From: Cyanophora paradoxa CCMP329
Lineage: Eukaryota; Plantae; Glaucophyta
Direction: 5' to 3'
Assembly (NCBI GenBank): GCA_004431415.1
Contig: QPMI01000150.1
Coordinates: 124,001-188,000, forward strand
DNA length: 64,000 nt
Shown here: positions 46,015-59,410 of the stretch, piece by piece
How positions within the stretch are numbered: position 1 is the first letter of the stretch
Layout: every line of letters begins with the position of its first letter
Notes under the pieces: model-generated
Seen by the model: only the letters and a program-made list of their open reading frames with translations
Told to the model about the DNA's origin: nothing
The model's database searches: none
Program-made: the position numbers and the translations under genes

Positions 46015-49000
46015 ATGCCGCGCGGGCGCTCTGGTTGCAGCGCCACCGGCCATGGCCAGAAGTCGAAGAGCTCCTTCTGCGCCTGCTGTATGCGCAAAAA
46101 GCTTTTGAATCTGAGTCCGGATTCTTCGACGGCGCATTCGGCGGGTGGCGATGCCGAAGCACATCACAACGAGGCTCTGCAGCTGCGACTGGCGTTGCTT
46201 ATGTGCGACCTTGTGGATGAAGGCGCTCCCTCTCCGCACTTTCATACGGATCCGGAGGCGCACCTCGACCGGGACGAGATTTACGAGCTCTGGGGCGTGA
46301 AGCCCGCAAAGGAGTCTCTCGAAGCGTTCTTGCGCATCATTGGCCTTGCGGCGCGCGGAAAAGAGGACGAGGCGTTCGCCTCCATCGAGGTTCGCGCCAA
46401 TCAAATTTGAAATATTAATCGCTTTGGTTTTTGGCGCGCACTGTTATTTAATCATGCCCAGGATTCGGTGCTTCGAAGTCCAGAAGGCGAGTGCATTCGT
46501 GCAAACGTCGAGGCGCTCGTTTATCGTCTTGTTTCGCTGGCCTTTCGGGATCATTCCATCGGGCTGCTGTCGGACGTGATGCTTGGAGCCAAAACGAGCG
46601 GCATGGCGCGTCGCCTGCATGCCTTCAATGTCATCGCGAGATCGCGAATGTTATTAATACCCTTTTGCAGCGCGGATTAATCTGTGCGCACGAAGAGTTC
46701 GGAGAGGACAGCGTCGAGCACGGGCAGGCGATCATCAACTGTGCTGGGTTTCTTGACAAGCTTGCTTCAGCGGAGGTAAATATCTATGCGCATCCGGATC
46801 CAGTTCGAGTACCTCGCAACTTCTACTTATGAGCGGATTCGATTGCGCAAACGTTTCCCTCGCCAGGAATTGAAACTCGATAACGACGCGCGTGGAGAGG
46901 CTCGAGAGGAATTGCGCGCGAAGGCGCGGAGCAATTACAAGGTACTTTCAAGTTCATTTGCTCGCGATCGTTTTCAAGCAGATCTAGACGTCGATCATTA
47001 CGTATACGTATACATAAATCGAATTGTTCTCGTAGCTTATTTCTAAGTGACTTATTTCTGGATACAGGAAGCCATCAGCATCTTGGAAAAAGATCAAAGT
47101 CAAGGGTTGCATGTGCAGCACAGCCTTGTTCTGGCGTTAGTAGGCGCGGGCGGCTTCGCTCGCGGTGATTCGTACAGCTGGTGCGGAGTTCATGAATCTT
47201 GCTATTGGTGCGCATCGCATCTAGATCTAGATCTGAGCTTTGCAAGTCCTAGATCGAATATTTGACGCTTTCGCTTTTGCAGGGCGTTGAAAGAGTTTCT
47301 TGATCCCAAACGGCGCATGCAGCTCCAGTCCGGAGCCCGCGAAATTTCGTTGGACGAGTATGGGGCGACACTCAGCTATCTTCAGGCACGCACTGAACTT
47401 AAATTCATGAAAATCGAATAGAACCCACCCACGCGTATGAGCCTATTATAATTAAGCTTGAACACGCACGTGTACGTATGCCTATACCTTCCGGATCTGC
47501 GCAGCGCGCTCTGCAGATTATTGAATCCCAATCGTCGACGTGCAAGCTTTTCGATCACGAGCGGGTCGTCGTGCTTCTCGACATTGCGCTTTCCCATGCC
47601 GAGGCGCGGCAACTCCCTCTGGCAATCCAGACAACCGAGGTGCGCCGGGTGTTTGCAGCTGCGCAAGCGGGCTTGCTGCATGCTGGTGTTCATTTAATTT
47701 GCGACTCGCGCCCGACGTCGCAGCGGGTGTTGGAGATGTGCATGCAGCGATTCGAGCAAAGGAGGATTAGCGGGGACGAAATTGTCGTTGAGTGGAGACT
47801 ACTTGTGCGAAGCTCTCCAGAACATTCGTTTTATTATTTATCGTGGGTTGCAATTGTTTTGAGGAATCGATCCGCAGATGGAAATTGCATTTCACTACAC
47901 GAATATCCTTGTCGATTCGGGACTCTTCTCCAGCCCGACTTTAGCGCCCATTCTCGAGGCAGGCCTATGTAATAAGAATGAGAGCTGGTGCGTAGAGCTA
48001 ATGTGGAGGCTCACCGGCCCGCAGGTATTGGAATATGTGGCAGACCTCTACCGGGAGAAGAATTCGCTTGGCGATTTGCGCGATCGGCGTGTACCTGCAT
48101 ATGCATACTCGGACCACATTGATCACGAGACACGATCGAGACGAATTGAACGCTTACGCGATAATCTAGCATTGTGCAGGCGAGCTAGCGCTTCGTTCAG
48201 TCGACGTCTCGGAGCTCGAACTTTATGATTCCGATCTCATGATCAACCGGCATGTGCACGTCTCTGACGTACGCGTCCACGCTCGAATTCACGCGCAGGC
48301 TGGGTTCTCAGGCTGTTCTCCGCGCCACTTTGCGCCCTTGCGTCACACGTGCGGATGCTTCAATTATTTATTATAGCATATATTTGTATACGTGAGAATT
48401 CCGTGCCGGCACCTGCCGGCCGCGGTCACGATACATTGAACAGCATTGACGTTCATGATCAGGCAATGGCCCGGAGCAGCAGCTTAATGACGACAGAGAA
48501 GTCTCACGGCTGCTTCAAGCAAAGAAGCTGGATCATCGCGTCATGAGCCAAATCAAACCATGGCTGGAGAAGACAGAGGCTGAAAAGCAGCGTCGAAATG
48601 CCGAAATGCGGCGCCAGGAGGATGTGGCGAGGAGCCAAGCAGCCCACGCCCACCTCGTCTCTCTTTGTGCTATTTGCGCCGATTCACAGGTTCGCAGGCT
48701 CAGTTGCGCTGCTATGAATATTGTTGCCTCATTAATTTCGCCTTCGGAATTCGTTGATTACCTGCTGCACCCGCAGCCTGGTTCGCACACATCTGTATCA
48801 GAGGCCGAACTTGCGAAGGCGGTGGCGAATGCAGCCCGCGCCGGCCTCGGGGGATCGCAGGCCTTGGTCGAGGCGAACGCTCACCTGCAGACAATGCAGC
48901 GCCGGCGGGAGGCCACACAGAGACTCGAGGCGGCACTCTCAGCTGCGGACGGGGAGGCGAGCTCCGGGCCGGCGGAGGCCGCCCGGGCTCTCTCCGCAGC

Positions 49001-51049
49001 TGTGCAAGGGGCGGAGGAAAGCGGGGCCAGCAGTGCGTCTCCCCTCGTGCAGCGTGCCGTGGCGCGGCTCGCGGTCCTCCAGGAGGCGGTTCGTTATCAA
49101 CGCTCAACGATGCCGAATTCTAGATCTGCGATGCAGAGGTTTCTAACGCATGCCCAGGTCGGCGCTGTGGCGGCGGCCGAGTCGTCCATTCGAGACATCG
49201 AGCTGGCCACCTCCAGCTCGCCATCGAGTAGTATTTCCCTGTCACCATCCGCCGGCGAAGTCGCGGAGAATGCGGCGCGGACGTTAGCGTCAACGGGTTT
49301 CGCAGCTTTGGTTCGTCATTGCTTTAGGATTCGCTATTAAATTGAAAAACGTTAACGGAATTTCTGGAATTTTATGCTCACATACACTCAGGCTGCAGAT
49401 CTAGATGTGAGGGCTCGACTCACCCAAGCGATTTCCTGGAGTCTCGCAGTCGCAGAGGTCTGTGAAGCAGCTGCGGCTGCAGCTGCAGCTGCGCATGCTG
49501 ATGCAGTTCATGTATTATGGATTATCCAGCTGCCGCGATATCGATGTTAAACATTTGCCGGAACATTGCAGTTAATGCGCCGTTTAATTCTCGCAGGTGG
49601 CGACGGCTTCTGCCAGCAGCAGCGTATTGCAGCTGCGCGAGGCGGTCAAGGCGCTGGAGGCTCTGGGGGCTTCCAGCTCCCCGGGGGGCCAGATCTCCGC
49701 CGCCCGCCTGGCGCAGCTGAGCAGCGCTCGCGCGGTATGTATGCATTAATATTCCTATATCGCAATTCTTCGATCGCGAAATTGGCTTTTAGAATTCTAC
49801 CGCTATAGCTACTTATTAAACGGACAGGAGCTCGAAAAGAACGTGCAGGCAGCCCGGGAGCGAGGGCGGGCGGCGCTGCGGGAGGGGACGGATCCGGAGG
49901 CGGCGGCGGGGGCGGCGCTGGCGGAGGCGATCGCCGCGGGGGACGCCGAGCTCCGCCGCGAGTGCGAGGCCCGCCTGAAGAGCCTGAAGCTCGAGGCGCG
50001 CCTGGACCGATCCGGATCCCGCTCTGCATCAATATTAATGCGCATGCGGTGTATTTGACATGGCTTTGACACATATGCATCATCAGCAGGCGAGATCGAC
50101 CTCGAAGGACCGCACGATCGCTTCTACGGGCGATGGGTCGGCGACCTTCGCTACGGAGTCCCCAGAGTGGGAGGTGAGGCAGAAATTGGATTATATATAA
50201 TTAGTGCGCGTGTTCGAAGTGTCTGCCTTGTGATTTTGGATGTTTGCCGTAGGAGGCCATGGCGTGCAGGCCGGAGCGGGCGGTTCTCATCAGCGGGGCG
50301 ACGACAGAGGCTATTTCGCGGGTCCTCCTTGAAGCAAACCGTAGCGCGGTGAGCTCGACCAATCCGATATAGCAGCAGTGACTTGGATGAACGTTAACGC
50401 CTCTAGCGCCGCTTATCATTATCGAGCTCCCGCGAAATCGGCTAATTGGATGCGCTCGCTTCAGACGCTGGAGGCAGTCGTCCCTGGCGCAGCGCTAGCG
50501 GGCGGGAAGCCGAGGGCGCTGGCGGTTTTCGCAACCGCCGACGCGGCGCGTGCGGCAGCGGCCCTCCTGCCCGCCTCCGTGGCCTGCAGCTGCACGGCGG
50601 TGCTCCTCGGGGAGCTTGCGCCCGTCCAGACGCGAGCCGCGGGGCCTTCGAAGCAGCCAGCGCCGACGCCTCGGCCCAAGAATTCGAAGAAGCGAACGAA
50701 GCAAGGGCGATATTCGCTCCGCGAGTTCCTTTCCATTCCCCTCCCTGCTGCCGGTCGCGAGGATCCTGGGGGCTCGAGCCGGGAGTCGAACATTGGCGCA
50801 GGCGTGCGCTCGGACGTCGACGATCGGCATCCCGAGCTCGAGGCACCCGAAATTCAGGTCGAGAGTACCGAGGCGCAGCCCTCGCTCGAGCTCGCGCCCT
50901 GCGTCTCGCCATGGAGGAGCCCAGCGGGGCGGCCCGGCAGCCCGCGGCCAGCAGAGCGGCCGGCAGCGCTGCCCGCGGCTGCCAGCGGAACAGACGCGGA
51001 CGCCGACGCGGAGGAGGCTGCTCTCCTGGAAGCCCTTCTGCAGTGGTGA
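46015..51049 (+). CDS. Large unknown helical-repeat (TPR-like) / coiled-coil protein with RRM-like C-terminal segment; AT-richer introns
   Basis: Exons such as EAISILEKD, RALQIIESQ...VLLDIALSHAEARQLPLAIQTTE|RVLEMCMQRF, EAEKQRRNAEMRRQE, RAVLISG...RALAVFATADAARAAA; stop at 51049. Start and single-gene status uncertain. Confidence 0.5.
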
Positions 51050-51521
51050 AATCGCGGTGCCGATCGATCATCGGAAAGCGAGCCCCAAGCAAAGTCTTCA
51101 GTTTTGCTTTCTTAAATTGGCCCGTTAACAATAGATATCGATATCGATTGATCCAAGTGCAATTTCAAACGGTGATTTACTCATGCACTCATGACTGTTC
51201 AGTAAATTCCTAGCTATAGGCCTGTTTTATAATTACAGAAGCAAGGATTTAAGCTTCTTAATATCGTGAGGCGCACTACGAGTTATTCGTAATCTCTAAT
51301 TCACGGGAGCCGTGGCCCGAGGGGAACCGGGAGCCCGCAGTTCGAATTCAGTCGAAAATAGGGGAGAAGCCCTGAAAAGGCTTGCAGCAGGTGGGACACC
51401 TCTTGGACATCTCAGCGTGTTCCTGGGCGCAGTGTAGACAGAAGACGTGGCCACAGCCCAGGAGGAGTCGCCGCTCCCCGTGGTCCTTGTCCTCCAAGCA
51501 GATCTGCATGCGCAGGGTAGA

Positions 51522-52950
51522 TCACAACTGCAGATCATCCAATTCCGAGAAGAGACTGAAAGGGCGCACGGGGCACTCATATGTTTCTTCAAGCTCAAGG
51601 CGCCTTCGCTTGACGCGCCTCTCGATCCGATCGACTAGACGATCCTCCATTTGCGTCAAAACCTGGCCCCAATCTTTCATTGCGCATTTAAAGAAGTCCT
51701 CGCAGGATGCAAGCTGTTCAGCTACGTGCCGATGAATTGTTTCCAGCCGTCCAACTTCTAGATCTCCCTCCAATGCTGCAGTCTGCAAGTTCACATGCTG
51801 AACAATGCTTGGAAGCGAGGAAGTCGAATTTGATAGCTCAGATGGCTGTAAAGCTTGCGACGTCGACTGATCACGAGGAGCCATTGAAGGGTGTATATGT
51901 TGCAGTTGTGGACGTCCTGGTGATTGAAGACCGTGCACAGGAAATGTTGATGCGGTTGCCAAGCTTGAGTCTGCAGCTGTCGGTGCCGGAGCAGCAGGAG
52001 ATGTGGCGGTGTGCATATTCGAATTCCGCCGCTGCATAACTTCCAACACAAAACTGATCTGCGCAAAAGGGCCCGGAAACATGAGCAGTAGATCGAAGAG
52101 GTTTCGCATCGCAAGTTCCGAAAACTCACAAGATCTTGCATCTTTCCCAGTGCCGACATTGCAGGAATTTGATGAGGAGAGTTCGAGTAATTGGTTTGAA
52201 TCACTCTGACCTGTGGATTTAATTAATTAGGTTTATGTAAGTTAGCAAGTGCAGAGCCCGAGCTTGCTGCATGGGGAAATTAAAAGATCGGCGCACGTAA
52301 AACCGTATCTCTTCACGGGCTTTTTCTCCTTTTTTGATTTGATCTTGGAGTTGCAGATCTGGTGAATGAGGCGGCAGCAGCTGGTATTGGTTCAGGAGGC
52401 TCTCCTGTACGTGTAAAGGATGTAAGCAGCTGCAGATAGATCAGATGAGCAGAATTTCGAGAGGTATACACACAATCCAGCTCTGCACAGCTGCCTGTGC
52501 CTCGAAAATCTTTCCTTGGGCCTGAATCTCCATTATCTGCGAATAGTGTGCCGCAGTGCGCAAGCATGCATGTTAATGGATGGATAAATCAAATACGAGC
52601 CCGAGATCTAGAAAACTGAAAGATCTAGCCACAGCTATAGTGAAAATATTATAATTAATGGATCAAGGCAAGAATCGAAGAGAGGACTGGGGATCTCATA
52701 CCTTGGCAAGGCTATGCTGGCGTTCATCATCTGATGTAGCAAGATCCAGCTGTAGAGTACATGCACCGGCGCTGTACATAAGAATGTTGCTCGCGATCGC
52801 TGCTCTGGTGCCGGAGGCCTGAGCTTGAGCATGCATCTGAGAGCCAGTCGCGATCGCTGGATCCGGAGCATGCATATGGAAGAGTCCGGTTGATGGCAAT
52901 ATTGTATTGTGAGCACGAGAGGTCTTCGGCTTGTTCGAATTCTGCTCCAT
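51522..52950 (-). CDS. Unknown protein (low-GC, multi-exon, Gln/Ser-rich, C-terminal coiled coil)
   Basis: MEQNSNKPK... first exon; long terminal ORF 51522-52109 (...LTQMEDRLVDRIERRVKRRRLELEETY...); intervening AT-rich introns. Confidence 0.45.
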
Positions 52951-53086
52951 AAGTACTAATGTCGACTTGACGCGCACGTCAACAAGTCAACTGAGGGCTA
53001 ATTTGCAGGCAAGAATGACCGAGGAGTGTCTCGCAGCCGCTTTATAGGCCGGGCTTTTTTCTCAGATTTCGGCCCAACTGTTTTTC

Positions 53087-53155
53087 GAGTCCTAGGAGCC
53101 AGCAATTTGGAGTCGTAGGAGCCAAGTCCTAGGAGGCACACACATCTTAGGAGGC
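53087..53155. repeat. Four short direct repeats of a TCCTAGGAG-like motif in a divergent intergenic region
   Basis: GAGTCCTAGGAGCC (53087), GAGTCGTAGGAGCC (53110), AAGTCCTAGGAGGC (53124), ATCTTAGGAGGC (53144). Confidence 0.6.
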
Positions 53156-53402
53156 ATTTGGAAGCAACGAAGCGCAAGGAAGCGCAAGAAAGAGCGTGCA
53201 CGACATCACGCGGCGCTATTACGTCGTAAATCTAGCGCAAGGGGGAGCGTTCGTGAACTTTTAAAGAGGCCCCGGCCTATTCTTAGTAAGCTGGGGTACA
53301 CTTCAAGATCCGAGGGCCGGGTACAGTCGCGGCCAAGTCAACGAGCCGCTAGCCGATTTCGGGCAAGCAGGCCTGCGCAGGAGCGCTTCGCCCGCGCCGC
53401 GG

Positions 53403-56400
53403 ATGGCTCCGGCGCCGGTGCCGACGCCGCGGGCGCTGCCGACGGCGCTGCGGCCCGAAAACCACGGCGCCTGCGACTTCGGTGCGCCCCGCCGCGTGCG
53501 CGTGCCGCGGTGGACGACCCTCTGTGCTTCTGGGTCTTGTTTCATCCCACCTCGTCGCTCCCTGCGGCGTTCGGCCTGACCGGTCCTCGCTCCTTTCGCA
53601 GGCGCCTCGGCGCTCTTCGCGTACGGGTGCGGCGCGGCGGTCGTTGTAGTGGAGCCGCGCTCGGGCCAGGTTCGGCGCCCGCCGGGCCCGGCTGCCGCCT
53701 TCCGCCGCCGACCGGGCGCCCGGCAGGTGCTGCAGACCCTGGACGAGCACGGGGCGGCGGTGACGGCGGTGCGCTGGGCGCCGGAGGGGCCGCTGCAGGT
53801 GGTGGGCGAGCCGGCGTCGTGCGCGCGGCTGGCGGCCGGCGACGCGGCCGGCGCCGTGGTCGTGTGGGACGCCCTCGGCGGCCGCCCGCTGCAGCGCTTC
53901 CAGGACAGCAGCCTCCTCCGCTGCTCCGTCTCCGACCTCGCCTGGCACCCAGGCAGCCGCCCCCTCCCTCCCCGCCAGGCGGCCGGGGGTCTGAGGGCGG
54001 GGCAGAGGACGGGTCGCTGCTGCTCTCGCTGCACGCGCCGGGGACGGTGTCGCTGTGGAGCACGCGGGGCCGCTGCCGCGTGGCGCGCCACGACGCCGGC
54101 GAGCGCCTCGCCGCCGCCGCCTTCAGCCCCTTCGACCCCGCCCAGCTCTGCCTCGCCGCCCCACGCGTCCGCCCCGCCCTGCCGTGCCCGCGCCGACCGC
54201 GCCCGCCGCTGAATTGCCCCCCGCAGGGATGGGTCGGGTTCCTCTCGTTCGACCCCGCCGCCGCCGCCTCCGCCGGCTCGCAGCCCGCCCCGCGCCTCGG
54301 CTTCGAGGTCCGCCTGCCCCGTACCCCTCCCCCGCTCCCTGCGCCGCTCAAAGAGCGGTACCCCCAGGTCGGGCCGAAGTACCAGGTCTCCTCCCCCCCG
54401 GCCGGCGCGGCGGGCGGCGCCGCGGAGGCCTCCGACCTGCAGGCCCGCCCCGCCCTCCGCGCTCCTCCCCCTGTGTACCCCCTCTCTGACCCGTACCCCG
54501 CGCAGGCTGTCGCGTACGTACCCTTCGCGAGGGACCTCATCTATCTCGTCCTCTCACGGTGCGCACTGCGGTGGCGCTGTATTCGCGTACCCCCTCCGCC
54601 TTTTTGCCGAGCGGCGTACCCTCCCCCTGCAGGGAGCTGGCGGTATTCGATTCGGCACTGGGGCAGGTCGTCTGCTCGACGCCCCTCGATCGCAAGCGCG
54701 TACCCCCCGATCTTGTACCACCATCTCCGTACCCTCTAAACCGACCCTGCCCGTACCCCCTCGCAGGTGCTCCCCCTTCGCGTACGTTCTGCCGTGCCGC
54801 CACCGCGAGGACCTCCTGCTCTCTGTCCACCGCGTACCCCTCTCCCCTGCCTCCCTCCCGTGCACCCCTCCCTGCTTTAAACCGACGCATCGCCTGCAGG
54901 ACGGGTCGCTGGGGGTGTGGACGGCGCGCGGGGGCGAGCCGGGGTCGGCCAACGCCCTCTGCTACGACCTGCTCCACTCGGGCGAGCTCATCAAGCAGGC
55001 GCCGCCCCGCCCCGCCCTGCCCGCCCCGCCATGCCATGCCCGGCTGACTCGGCGGGGGGCAGTACCGGCGTGGGGGCACGGCGCTGGCGGGGGCGCGGAA
55101 CTGCGCGCTGGAGGAGACGGCGGTGGCGTGCGTGAGCAGCGACGGGCGCGTGTGGCTGTGGGACGTCGACGCCGCCGCCGCCCTGCGCGGCGCCCGCCGC
55201 GGGGCGCGCCTCTCCCTCGCCGCCCTCTGCGAGGCCGCCCCGGCCCGCGCGACGGCGGTGGACGCGCTGCCGGGCGCGGGCGCGCTGGCCCTCGGCCTCG
55301 CCAGCGGCGAGCTGCTCGTCCTCGAGCCCGGCACCCTCGCCCTCAGGCCCGCCCGCGCGTCCCCTTCGTGGCGGGCCGCCTCTGAGTCGCCCCCGCAGGC
55401 ACCGCGTGGCGCTGGGGAAGGAGCCCATCCGCGGGGTCGCGTGGGTCGACCCCTGCACCCTCGTCGCCTTCGGGCGCGCCCGTACCCCGCCCCGCCCCGC
55501 CCCGCCCCTCCTCCGCGCCCGCTCATTCCCCCCAGGCACGAGGAGCTGCAGCGGGCGACGGGGGGCGAGAAGGACCACCGCGAGCGGGAGCGGGATCGGG
55601 AGCGGGAGAAGGGCGGCGGGGGCGGGGCGGCACCCCCGCCGCCCCCGCGCCGCATGTTCAAGTGCCCCCCGCCCTCCGCCCCGGATCGCTCGCCGCGCCT
55701 CACCGCTCGCCCCGGGCAGGAACTTCTGCGTGCTGGTGGACCTGCGGACGGGCCACGCGGGGGAGCTGCGCGCCGAGGCCGCCGCGGGCGCCTCCCTCCA
55801 GGCCGGCATCTCCCGCGGCCGCGGCGTGCGCCCGCCCCGCCCCGGCGCCTTCTTTGAGACAGGACCCGCCTCTGAGCACGGGCCCGGGCTCAGGCGGGCG
55901 GGGGCGAGGAGTCGTCGGACCTCTACCGCGTCCGGCCCTCCCCCTCCGGCCCCTTCCTCGCCGTCCTCCCCCGCGACAAGGTACCCCGCCTCCACGAACT
56001 CCGTTCTCTATTTGTCCGTTCATCCCTCTCGGGGCAGCCGCTGGAGCTGTGGGACCTGCGGGGCCCCCGCCTCGCCCGCGCCTTCGGCCAGGTGCCCCCT
56101 GCCCGCAGCCCGCCAACAAAGCACGTGAGCGTGCGCCCCTCTAAGAAGCGGAGCAGCACGGGCCGGCGACGGCGCTGGCCTGGCTCGCCCCCGATCGCTT
56201 CCTCTTCGCCACCGCCGACGGCGCCCTCCGCCAGGCCCGCCCTCTCCTCCCTCCCCTTCCTTGTCCCCCGCCCCTCACTCCCGCCCCCCCTCAGTTCCGC
56301 ATCGACGAGGGCAGCGTCGCCTTCGGCTCCGAGTCCCCCATGGCCCGCCCCCGTACCCCTCCGGCTTCTTCCCCCCTCAATTCCTTACTTGTCCTTCGGG

Positions 56401-59312
56401 CAGGAGCCGGATCTCTCGTCCCCGCCCCCCTCCGGGGGCCAGCGCACCCCGGTCCCCGTCACCGCCCTCGACGCCACTCCCGAGCACGCCCGGCTACCCC
56501 CCCCCTTTTTTCGAATCACCTGAGCGCCCTTGGCAGGTGGGTGGTGGCAGGGGACGCGCTGGGCGCCCTGCGGCGGCTGCACGTCCCCTCGGGCCGCGCC
56601 GCCCGCCTCGGCGCCGACCCCGCCTCCTCCTCCGGCCCCGACGAGCCCGGCGGTACAGCCCCCCTCCTCCCTCACCCCTTCCTGCTCCTCCCCTCCCGTA
56701 TAATCGCCCCGGGCAGCGGCCGTGCGCCGCGTGGCGATCGCCCCGCCCTGCCCCGGCGTTCGGTGCCCCATCCCTCTCCTCCCCCCTCCAAACATGTCGC
56801 TGATCGCGTACCCCCCAGGGCGTCGGCCCTCGTGCTCCTGGCCTCGGGGGAGGCCTCCCTCTACGACCTCGAGTCCGGCCAGCAGGCGCCCCCGTACCCC
56901 CGCCCCGCCCCGCCCCGCTCCGGCCCGGCCGCCGAGCGCGGGCCGGGTCTCAGGTGGCGGTGGCGAAGACGCGGGCGGCGGACGCGTGCTGGGCCGCCCC
57001 GGGCCGCCCCTTCCTCGCCGGTGCGCGCCCCCCGCAAAGAATCACCCTCCGCTCCTTCTTCGGAGCTCGAACCTCCCGCGGCGGCAGGGGCGGAGGGGGC
57101 GCTGCGGCTCTACGACGGGAGCCTCTCCTCCCTCTGCGCCCCCGCCGCCTCCCGGCCCCTCCCCTACCCCGTGCGACGCATCGTAGGCCCGCGCCCCGCG
57201 CTCCCTCTCACCTCCGAGCTCTCCAGCCGCGCGGGCCGCACCTCCTGCCGGCGGGGGCGGCGCTGTGCGTGCGGGCGGCCCTGCAGCACGGCGCCCACCC
57301 CTCCGTCGTCTTCCCCGACGCCGGTCCGTCTCCCCCTCTCTTTTCTGTTTCCTTCCTCTCTTTCTTTTGAGGGCGGCCGGTTGCAGGCACGCCACCGGCG
57401 GGGGGCTACCCCGCGGGGGCGTGGGTCATCGACGCGCTTGCGGCGGAGCACTACAGGGTACCCCCACCCCTTCGCCCCCCGTTCTTCCCCCATTTAATCC
57501 CCTTCCCCCGCAGTCCCTCCCCCCGGAGCTATTCAAAGCCCTGGGGCGCTGCGAGGTGCCGCCCCGCCTGCGGAGGGTGGGCGTGCGGCCGGCGACGAAG
57601 CGCAGGGGACGCCGGGGCGGTGCGCGCTGGCGGCGGGCTACTTTGGGGACCCCGACGAGGCACGCTTCTGGGCCCTCGCCGCCCACAACCTCCGCCGCGC
57701 CGCCGCCCGCCCCCCCTCCCCGCCGCCCCTCGCCGCCCCCAGGCCCGCCCCCGCGACCCCTCCCCGGCCCCGCCCCGCTCGCCCCGCGCCGCCCTCCCCC
57801 GCCCGCCCGCCCACCCAAATCGGCTTCCAGCCCTCCTACGAAGAGTGCGCTACCCCTCCCCGAATCAATACTTCCCGTCTGGATCCGAACCCGTACCCCC
57901 GTCCAGGACGGGTACGCGCCTCCTGCGCGCCCCCGACGCCCTCCCTTCCTTCCTCGACCTCTACCGCGACGGCCCCGCCGTTCTGGTACCCCTTCTCCCG
58001 AACCGGATTTCCCGTACCCCCCTCCGATCCTGCGGTACCCTCGCAGGCCTCCGGGAGGAGGCGGGTGGACTGGTACAGGGGCCGCACCCTGGGGCCCGAC
58101 GAGCGCACGAAGCTCACGCACCACGCGATCACGGTACCCCCGGGAGCCCCGCGCGCTCCCCCCGCGAGCCGCTCACGCGGCCCTCGCCCGCCTCAGATGG
58201 GGAGGCTGGCCGAGGGCGTAGAACTGCTCCAGCAGACACCGGCGCGCCCCCTTCTTTCACTTTCTCGCCGTACCCCGCCCGAACCCCGCGCACCAGGCCG
58301 ACGACCCCTCCTACTTCGCCGCCGCCCTCAAGGTGCCCCCGTCTTCCTTTCCCTTCGGTACCCCCCTCGATCCCTTCCCCCCCGCAGGCCTGCGTCGTGG
58401 CGGCGAGCGTCTCGCGGGAGGCTTTCGAGGACGCCGTCAAGACCGCCGTACCCCTTTCCGCATTTCGCTTTCCCGTACCCTCTTGACCAGAGGTTCGCAG
58501 GCGGTCTCGATGATGGCGCGGGGCACGCCCCGCGCGGTGGACGAGGGGGTACAGCTCCTCTGCTCCGTCGGACGCGCCCAGGACGCCTGCCGCTACCTCG
58601 CGGTGCCGCCCTTCCGTCCCTCCCGAACCCGACCCCGCCGGCCCTGCCCGGAGTCGAGCCCGGGGCGCGCAGCAAGCGAACCGCTGGGGCGAGGCGCTCG
58701 CGATCGCGCGGGCGAGCCTACCCCCGCACGAGGCCGCGTCCTTCGTCTCCACGTGCGGGCGTACCCCCTCTCCCCCTAACGTACCCCCCTCACCTTCGGG
58801 TTCGGGCGCAGGTACGCGGAGCTTCTGCTTCGGTTCCAGAGGCGGTACCCTCCACCGTCGCGTGCCCGGACCTTGTACCCCTGGATAAAACTGTACCCCC
58901 GCCCGGCAGGGCGCGGGCGACGGAGGCGCTGCTCTCCATCGGCTCCTTCTCGCGCGTCCTCGAGGTCCTCGTCGACGGTGCCGTAGCCCCCATGGGCCCT
59001 CCCCCCCTCCCGGCGCCGATCCCGTACCCCCTGCAGCGAACCTCGTGGAGCGGGCGGCGCTGTTCGCGGCCGCCTGCGCCGAGTGCGGCGTGCTACTCGA
59101 ACCCGAGCGCAACGGTACCCCGCTCTGCTTCGTGCGCCGTACCCCCGCCCTCGCCTACCCTCGCCGGCGCTTACGGCCGCGGGCAGCTGGCGGCGGGGGA
59201 CTACGGGGCGCTGCTGGCGCGCTGCGGCGTGCGGACAGGCGCCGAGCGCTACACGAGGGCCCCGGGCCCTCCGCCCCTCGCCCGCCCCGCCCCGCCCCTC
59301 ACTGTCGTCTGA
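53403..59312 (+). CDS. WDR11: WD repeat-containing protein 11 homolog (many exons; exact stop uncertain)
   Basis: N-terminus RALPTALRPENHGACDF..LFAYGCGAAVVVVE..QTLDEH..VTAVRW...RLAAGDAAGAVVVWD, then FSPFDP. C-terminus GVELLQQT..YFAAALKACVVA, EGVQLLCSVGRAQDACRYL, LLSIGSFSRVLEVL, ERAALFAAAC. All collinear with recalled WDR11. Confidence 0.9.
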
Positions 59313-59410
59313 GAGTTCCCGGATTGCACGAGTTTGGGCATGGAGCAGATCCGACATGTATGCGTATATGTACAGTTTCGGCAAATGAGTTCCCTTCAGA
59401 GAGACTTGAA

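Noticed and set aside
53044-53280. MITE bounded by ATAGGCCGGG / CCCGGCCTAT
   Set aside because: Only a 10-bp inverted match, with no convincing TSD.
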